A stretch of 59,307 nucleotides of DNA, counting the filler, from Basidioascus undulatus (taxonomy: Eukaryota): NCBI GenBank assembly GCA_000826855.1. It is 5 parts of 5 records of this genome, joined end to end, with 100 filler letters (N's around TTAATTAATTAA, not from the genome) between each part and the next. Parts side by side here need not be neighbours in the genome. Positions count along the whole stretch, not along the records: positions 48,813 to 59,307 come from JTLS01001118.1; 4 more parts are not named here. One strand, 5' to 3'. Each line of letters begins with the position of its first letter. Positions within the stretch are counted from its first letter, which is position 1. The position numbers and the translations under genes are program-made. The notes under the pieces are model-generated. The model had not been told where the DNA came from. It did not search any database and saw only the letters and a list, made by a program, of their open reading frames with translations. Shown piece after piece: positions 51,738 to 59,307 of this stretch.

Positions 51738-52799
51738 TCAACGTTGTAGTCGTGGTTCATGTTCACCAACCCATCCGATCACAGCCTGCCTCACCCTCTG
51801 CAACATGGTCCCCCACTCTCCGCCTCCCTCCCTCTCCCTATCAACCGCACGCGCCACATCCAACTCCAACTTCAATCTCCGTAACTCCTTCTCAGAAACC
51901 TCCATTTGCACTCGATGGATCACCTGCTTGCTTCAATCTCCCGCCGAGCCTTCTCCCGCTCCTGCTCCGCCAATAGTCTAGCTTCCTCCGCAGAGCGTAC
52001 GAGCGCTTTCTAGCGCATTGCAGCGCTGCCCCGCACCAGCCAGCTCCTGTTCGAGCTGCGTCACCCAAGCGCTCGACTACTCGCGCTCCGCCTGAAGACC
52101 TTGCGCGCGGTGCTCGGCGGCTTGCGCCCAGCCCTCAGCGTTTTACGCTCGTGCGCCGACGTCCACCATCGCCGAGCGCCGCACGCCGACCAGCCTCGGT
52201 GTCCTCCTGCGCGGCGCGTGCGGCTAATCGCGCTGCTTTGGCGTCTTGCATTGCGGCGCGCGCGCCCTGGCGGCCTGCTTCGGCGTGGCGCGCGCGCTCT
52301 TTTACGTCTGCGAGGCGCGCACCAAGCGAAGCTATTTTGGATTGGCACTGTTGTGCGAGAGGGACGGAGGAGGGAGAGCTCGGTCTAGGTGGGGAGGGTG
52401 ACGGTGAGAGGGAAATGCGAATGGGGGCGGTGGAGGTGGGGGCAGGGGCAGGTGGCTGTGTTGCTGGCGGTTGAATAGAGGAAGGAGTTTTGGATGGTTG
52501 GAATTCCGACTTTCGGTCGGGGCAGGGAGACGAGGAGCCGGAAGGGGTGGTGCAGGTGCGGGTGAAGGGATGCGAGATGTGGGGGCGGATGTGGCTGAGG
52601 AGATCGGAGATTTGGGCGGATCGGAAGGAGCGGGAGAAGTAGATGAGGAAGCCGCTGTGATGGCATAGAAGTCGGAGGAGAGGTTGAGAGTGTCGATGTG
52701 GGCGTCGGCGCGGCATGAGCAAATGGCGATGCGGCAAACGCTACTGCCGGTGCTGAGGTCGATGCGGGAGGCTTGAGAAGGGTTCCGATGAGCATACAT
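51738..52799 (-). pseudogene. Degenerate Pro-rich / coiled-coil gene
   Basis: Pro/Ser-rich segment then coiled-coil frames (KIASLGARLADVKERARHAE, QLEQELAG, EKELRRLKLELDVAR) broken by stops and frameshifts. Confidence 0.4.
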
Positions 52800-52959
52800 G
52801 AGCCTTTGATTTTAGCGTCGTCGAAGATGCAGGATCTCCTCGCGTACTTGCGATACGAGCGAGCATTAGGATGGAATTGCTTTCAAAATACATTTCATGA
52901 CAACTAGAAACCGCGGTACATGTAACGGAGACGAATACCTAAGAAAGAGAGTTGTGGAC

Positions 52960-54017
52960 GATCACCGCTGTCTCCTCCCAGAATGCCACCAGCCTGTCTG
53001 ACTCCCACCGGTCTTTCTCGTAGGGACCCAGAGTAATCAGGTGCATTTCATGCAGGTCTCTGACTCTGATCGAGTGTAACGCAGCAAGCTGCCTCCGGCT
53101 GCGTGCCGCTTGCGCATATTGCTATGATCATCTCTTGAAGCGAAGAGAGCGCTGACGAGCGCCAGGTCGACTCTATCCAGCCGGAAATCGAGGTGACGAA
53201 GCGATGGGCATGAGTGAAGAATGTGAGTCCAGAAAGCGGAAGTGAAAGAGGGATCGGTGATGTGATGTAGGCGGGAACCATGCCGAGCGAAGAACCGCTG
53301 GAGAACGGGCAAGGAACAGCCATAAGCTTTGAGGGAGAGCTTCTCCAGGCTTTGAAATGCGCAGCGAGAGAAAACAGCAAAATGTCTTCTTGATATCTCC
53401 AGGCGGGACCAAAGGTGAACTCGAGCAATTGCGGCAGCTCGTACGGTTCGACTGCCGAAAGGGGTTGCGCTGCGGCCTCACTGAAGTACAAGCTCAGAAA
53501 TCGAGTCTTTGAAGTGCTGTGAAGTTTCGAAGTAGATCTAGTGCTCTGTGAGATCGTTATTACGTTCACATCGAGAGATGCGAGGGTATGGCAGCTGATA
53601 GAAGCGAGCGTACGAAGGGCAGAGAGCCCCATGCACGTACGCCGGTCGTAGTGACGTGTTCGAGGCGAACCGAAAAGGATAGGATATGCGAGAGAGAAGT
53701 TTAGCCGGGAAGTTTGGACACGACGAAATAAAACTTTCTGGTGTAGCGGAAGGGCTGGCGCCCTGCAGCGTCGAGTCGATCGAAAGCCTGGACGGCCTCA
53801 TATGCTTCGAGGCGGACGATGCGATACCGGAACCACACAGAGATGGTCTGTAACACAGGCAACGGACGTAATTACATAAAAACTTCTGTGAGTGCCAGAA
53901 GACTGGAACCTACGAGCAACGACTGGCAAACCAGTGGAATGGACGCGAGGCTCCGGTCGTACTTCAACAGCTAGCCGACGTTCTCCACGCTTAAACGTGG
54001 AAGTGCGGGGTGGCCAT
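52960..54017 (-). pseudogene. F-box/RNI-like pseudogene B (paralogue of A)
   Basis: KYDRSLASIPLVC, MGLSALRTLA, FFARHGSRLH, LITLGP..RLVAFW; colinear DNA matches to 12690-13640; frameshifts. Confidence 0.65.
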
Positions 54018-55996
54018 GATGAGAAGTGGAGTAATCATTATTGGTTGAATAGGTGCAGGAAGAGCAAAGCAAGGAAAGGAGTAGCGTAAAGGCGAGACGA
54101 CGTGTTCTGCCCCGTAACCTGCGCCATGGCTGTGCAGTACAATATCGAGCCGACGTTTCTATCGGCGTACTATTGTTTGGAACAGGTACATAGAACAAAC
54201 AACAACAACCAGGAACACAGCTGCACCGGAGCGACCAAAAGCGAACAAAAGTGACCAAGTCTGCACGTCGAAGGGCGTGACGCGTGCTGTGCGTGTGCAC
54301 TTTGGAAATTTGTAAGTCCATTCAAAAAGTATATCGTAAATCCACAAAATTCGGTTGTAGCCCTGCCTGTTAGTTTCTTTTATCAACCTGAATACCTGAC
54401 CTTCAGTAAACAATCAGGTCGAAAGTCAAGCGTTTGTGCTGTGTTAGCCGCAGCAAGGTCTTGAAGAGCGCTGGCTCCGCCCGAATGGGTGGAGGAAGCA
54501 CAAAAAGAGAAGGCTGTAGCATATTAAAATGGTAAAGGCTCTTCATCAATGCTGCAAACAAGCATACTCATGCCAATTGATGATATTCAGTCTTGCACAC
54601 TGTGGAAAATTGGCCGGGCTCAGATACTAGGCAAAAAGGTGTGGACATTTGCAGGGTTGACGGGGTACTCTGCACAGGTTTGGTTCTGTAAAACAGTGTA
54701 TCACAGAACTCCGTTAAACAGGCTGTGAATTTCGAAATGCGCATTTTCCACTGGTCAGAAACTATGCGTGCTGCACCCGAAACTGAATGATTGCCTGACT
54801 TCCCGCACAGCTGTCTTCGGTGTGGCAAGCACCGATATGCAGTGCGTGGTCACTGGCTAGCGGATTTGATATGACATTCTATGGGATATTGAAAACAATA
54901 CTTGGTTATCAAAAACAATATTATACACTTCAGTGGGGTTCTTTCTGGTTTCATGTGCAGGCATTTGCCTGGCAATGCAGAGTCGGCTTCCGGTGTGGCC
55001 ATTCACTTGCTGAATATGCACACATATATTCGTAATATGACTTTGTATGTAAAGAAGAAGTTTCACAGCTATAATACATAAAATAGTGTGGGAGTACCAG
55101 GATGAACATTACAAGTGAAAGCAAATGAAGAGTATCTACGTCGTTGAGAGATGCAGGCGATCAGTCAACATAGGCTGTTTCAAGCGTGAGAACCAAAAGA
55201 ATAGGACCACTCTACAAATTTTTCACAACCTGTAATTGATGCTATCGGCTCTAAAGGTCATAGCAACTGGACAGGAGAGGACACACCGGCATTGCTGAGC
55301 AATCAGGTATTCTGCTGGTTGAACCCAAGGATAAAGTGAGCGGTTGGAATAACCAAGGGGTATAAGATAATCCATATTACTTAAATCCACAAAGGGAAGA
55401 TCAGCCTGGAAGTAAGACTTGAGGCAGATGATGAAGTGGGAAGTCAGAAGGGAGCTCTTCTTCCAGAGCTGCTTCATGCCAAAATGGACAGGGGCTTGCA
55501 TTAAGTCTCCTGATCGCACTATCGGTATTGTGACTTGGAGAAATTCATTGCCTGGTCAGACTCACTGATGTGACACACTGATTAACAGTGCCGTCTGCAC
55601 CGGCCAGTCCCCTGGTATGCACCCTGCTAATGGACGGGTTTTGGACACTGATCTGAACAACAGTCAAGTTTGTACTGTTTTGAAATGCCTGGATTACAGT
55701 GTTCCACACTCTGATAACTGTCCGTGTTCCAGCCCTTGGCAAAGCCGTGCGCAGTGCACTGCTTCAGAACAGCGAGACTGAACAGGCTCACAGAGCCTGT
55801 TTCCAAATCCCCTTAACAGTGTTTGTCACACATCAACCAAACAGTGTACGTGACATTGTTCCAGAAAAACTAAGTCTCCCATGTGATTCTGATTAACACA
55901 ATCCTAAACGGTGTTTCCTACACCGGCTCACTATCGACAGTGGCACCCAGGCATCGTGACAGCCGGCCCTACCGCAGCACAATGCTGTCTGAAAGG

Positions 55997-57160
55997 TTAT
56001 GCATGCACAAGCGACCCCTCCTTTAGACTCTCACGTGCGGCCCTTTTTCCAAGCATCCTAGACACGCGCTGCGACCAAGATTCAAACCCACTCCACTCTT
56101 CTTTGTCTATAAGAGGCTTCAACCAGATTACGCGAAGTTTGGGGACTCTCCTGGACTCCAAGTTCCCGAGGCTTTCCTCGATCTGTGCGGCGGAGCTGTC
56201 CGACAGGAAGACTCCAATGCAGATCGCCTGCATGTGCTGATGATGAAGTGCGGCTATCAAACTTGTCGGAACTGCAGTACCGCGGCGGACTTTACTTACG
56301 AGAATGTCCAGCTCTGGGCAGTATGAGATATGATAGAGGCACAGAGCTTTTTGAAGCTGCCGAAGAGTAACAAAGCTTTGAGCGAAGAACCCAGGTTCTT
56401 CAGGATCTTGTCGAGGCGGCCATGGTTGATCTCTGGGGCCAGTTGGAGATAGCGAAGCGATGGTAGTCGAGCCGACTGGAGGACTATAGACGCTGTTCCG
56501 AAGGCATCTCCAAGAGTCGTCCATACAAGAGAAAACAGACACGGCAGGTCGAGTGACACTTTGGCGTCCCCTGGGGTTGTGCAAGTTATGATCACATTTA
56601 GCGACGTGAGATTCCCGAATTGATTGTGTATGGGAATTATCGATGTCAAGGTCTCGACCATAGTTTAGCTGTTCAGAACCCTCAGAGAGCACCGTGACGG
56701 CAGTATGGCCTGGCAACAGTCTCCATAGGCGTGAGCCTAAGCAAGTCATCGGCGGAAGCGTCCAGTGAACCGCTGATGCGAGTGAGACTCGAAAACCGAC
56801 GCAGGAGGGCTTGGAGAGAGTTTTCCCACCCAAGAAGAGCACTAACGCTTGGTAGGACTACGAATCGAATTAAGAGTCTCACGCAGCGGTCCAGGGCACG
56901 TGCCCGAGCCAACGTCTCGAGAAGCTGCCGACAGGTGCGTTCGGAATCGAAAGAGATGGTCTGATACAGAAGCAAGACCCCTATCGACTGAGATTGACTG
57001 AGGGCATAAACGTCGTCAGCGTTATCTTGTGAGTGATATCTTTGGGCCCTCGACCTAACCCCCACGTCTTGCACACCAGCATGTATTGCAGCTTCTCCGC
57101 CACCGGGGCCGGTGGCGAGCTCGAGGACACTCAGTAGCAGCTCGCAGGAGATATCTTAGA
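55997..57160 (-). pseudogene. F-box/RNI-like pseudogene C
   Basis: DISCELLLSVLELA..LQYMLVCKTW, LLYQTISF, RLPSLRYLQL, VPKLRVIWL, spread over three frames. Confidence 0.55.
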
Positions 57161-58518
57161 TAGTGGTGGGAATTATATCTTATGAGCCTGGACAAAGTTG
57201 TTGCAGCAACGTGTTTGTACGGTGAGCGTTTGCGAGGGCGCGCAAGAGTGGGATGAGAAGGCAACGGGGCGACGGCAAAGGGGACCGTCGGAAATGGCGG
57301 AACCCACCCGTGCGCTTGCCCCGACCCGTAACCAACTTATATAGCATAGCCACTGTCCGGCACTTTCAGCCGATGGGTCATTCATTACCTGCAGAACTCG
57401 ATGGTACAGAAGCCCGACACTCGAAGCCCGACTCCCGAAGCTAACAGACATTCTCTTTCACGCATGGCTTGCTGTCTCAACCCTGCCCGCCCTTCTACCT
57501 CACAGAATGAGGACGCGTTTTTCTTGACAGGCCTGCATGGCCCAAACACTGTGTGATTGCAGGCCCAATCACTGTGTGAGTGCAACTCTTACTTCCCAAG
57601 CTGAGTCTGCATCTGCCGCCGTCGAGGCGTGTCTCTTGCTGCACCTCTCCCACTTCCAGAGCTTTCCATACAGGGTATCAAATGCAATTCCACTTGCCTG
57701 CTCTATGCCATACCAGCTAAAACATATCTCCACCCTTTCCACGTGGTCCTCCGCCAATACTCATGCCAACTGCCCCTCCCTCTTCTCCCTCCCCTCCCCC
57801 TTCCGCACATGTTACACTTTCAGATAGCCGGAATGCCCAAACACCCATAAATGTGCGGTTCTTGCATCCATCGTACCGCGCGCTAGGCGGGTTGAGTATC
57901 ACAGTCTATCAGGAACTCCTCGGTCCGACATGGGCACGTCTTTCAGGCAAGCAGTGAGAAGGTCAAGGATAAATTAAAGGATGGCTTCCGGAGGAAGGGC
58001 AACGAGAGGCCGGAATGGATCGTGTGAGTCTGGCTTTCATTCTGGCTTGTAGGCGGGCGGGGAGGTACAAAGGCGGATGGAGAGGGAGACCTGGGAATTT
58101 TCGGAACAGTTTACAAGAAGACCTCGCTTTATTGTGTGCGCTATGTCTGGCCAAATTCAGTCTGGAGATCTGGCTTGGATCTCCTCAGCAGAGAGAGGCT
58201 GCAGGTGTAATGGATCAGGCTGCGATTGTCAGGCTGCGAGGTTGGTCGAGGGCTGATTTCGTCTAGCCTTTCTGGCTGCAGACCGCCGTGAAGCCACTGG
58301 CATCCCGAATAATTTCTTTCAAGGTCTTCTTTCATGTTTGGGTCGCACACTGACCTGAAAGGGAGCGCAGCTTGTCTGGCAGGGAATGCTTGTACAGCTA
58401 GCTGTCTGTCAGATAACGTCAGTGTCAACAGTCACATAATTCCCACGTGAACTCCGCGCCAGCACGCGGTGCGCCCAGCTCGCAGTGCTCCTACCAGCTT
58501 TCCTCCATCATCCACGCC

Positions 58519-59307
58519 ATGCCACCGCGCTTTCAGTCGTCCTCATACCGTTCCCTCACAGCCGCGCCAACGCGCACAGCGTCCGAGCTCCCGCTCGCGC
58601 CGTCCCTGCACGCCTCGGCGGTGCACACGTGCGTGGGCGACGCAGTGCACACGACCGAGGACTGGCTGCTCCTCAACCAGGGCCCCGCGGGCGTCATCGC
58701 GCTCGGATGGGAGGAGCAGGGCAAGCCCGGCGGGAAGGGACGGGTGTGGAAGGTCGGCGATGGGGGGGATGGGACGATGGGCGTTAGTTCGCTCGTTGAT
58801 GGGCTGGCGGCTGTGGGATCTACGAGCGGGAATGTGAGCTGCGGTCATGTTCGAGGTTGAGATGTTGATGAGCTGATCGCTGAAGTTCCAGGTCTCTGTA
58901 TACCGCCTTCCGTCCTACGATCCCTCGGACACCATCTCCCCGACGCCCCTCCTCGACTTCAGCCCCACCACCAAGCTCCCCACCGCCCTCTCCTTGCACC
59001 CCACAACCACCTCCCTCCTCCTCGTATCCTCCCCCGCAAACCCCACAGCCACACTCCACAACCTCTCTCGCCTCGACGCTCCCGCGCTGCACACGCTCGA
59101 AGGGCTCGGCGGGGCTTGGGACCTCGCTTGGGACCCTGAAGGGCGGACGGTGGGCGGCGTAGGCGTAGAGGGAAAGGAGGCAGTCGTGAAGCTGTGGGAT
59201 GTGCGCGCGAAGTCATCCTGCGTAGTCGTACGCATCTTCATCCTCATTACACCCCCTTTCTTCACCGGCGTTAATCTCTGCGTGCTCTCCTGCACAGTCC
59301 GGACCCG
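58519..59307 (+). CDS. Coronin-like WD40 protein, 5' part (runs off window end)
   Basis: MPPRFQSSSYR (coronin-type N-terminus), intron 58834-58891, LSLHPTTTSLL, WDLAWDPEGRTV..VVKLWDVRA, next intron near 59228-59297. Confidence 0.7.

Noticed and set aside
57534..57584. 23-bp tandem duplication (GGCCCAAWCACTGTGTGA)
   Set aside because: Two short units only; no further evidence of function.

Overview
Eukaryotic, intron-rich, GC-rich fungal DNA. The gene sequences and short GT-AG introns suggest a basidiomycete, probably a Pucciniomycotina/Microbotryomycetes-like yeast (inference). The window is five contigs joined by four artificial 100-nt spacers (44 N + TTAATTAATTAA + 44 N), so gene order across the spacers carries no information. 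Recognisable genes: a DCR2-like metallophosphatase (5' part), mitoribosomal bL32m, a DAL5/TNA1-family MFS transporter, the SFC1 carrier (3' part), ERD2, an NKAP-family protein, a Baeyer-Villiger monooxygenase with about 24 introns, SRPK/Sky1 kinase (5' part), a probable CDC73 start, RRN6 and a coronin-like WD40 gene (5' part). Between them are many decayed accessory genes (four F-box-like genes, a dienelactone hydrolase, a secreted protein) and CpG-depleted repeat relics. I found no tRNA, rRNA or CRISPR array and cannot confirm a new multi-gene system. Best leads: (1) a bL32m that has lost 3 of 4 zinc-ribbon cysteines; (2) a block-conserved ~500-bp element present twice, each copy running into a ~90-codon basic ORF; (3) an in-frame TAA in otherwise intact RRN6; (4) a nearly CpG-free inverted-repeat element with CpG>TpG differences between its arms. 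All family assignments come from recalled motifs, not database searches.
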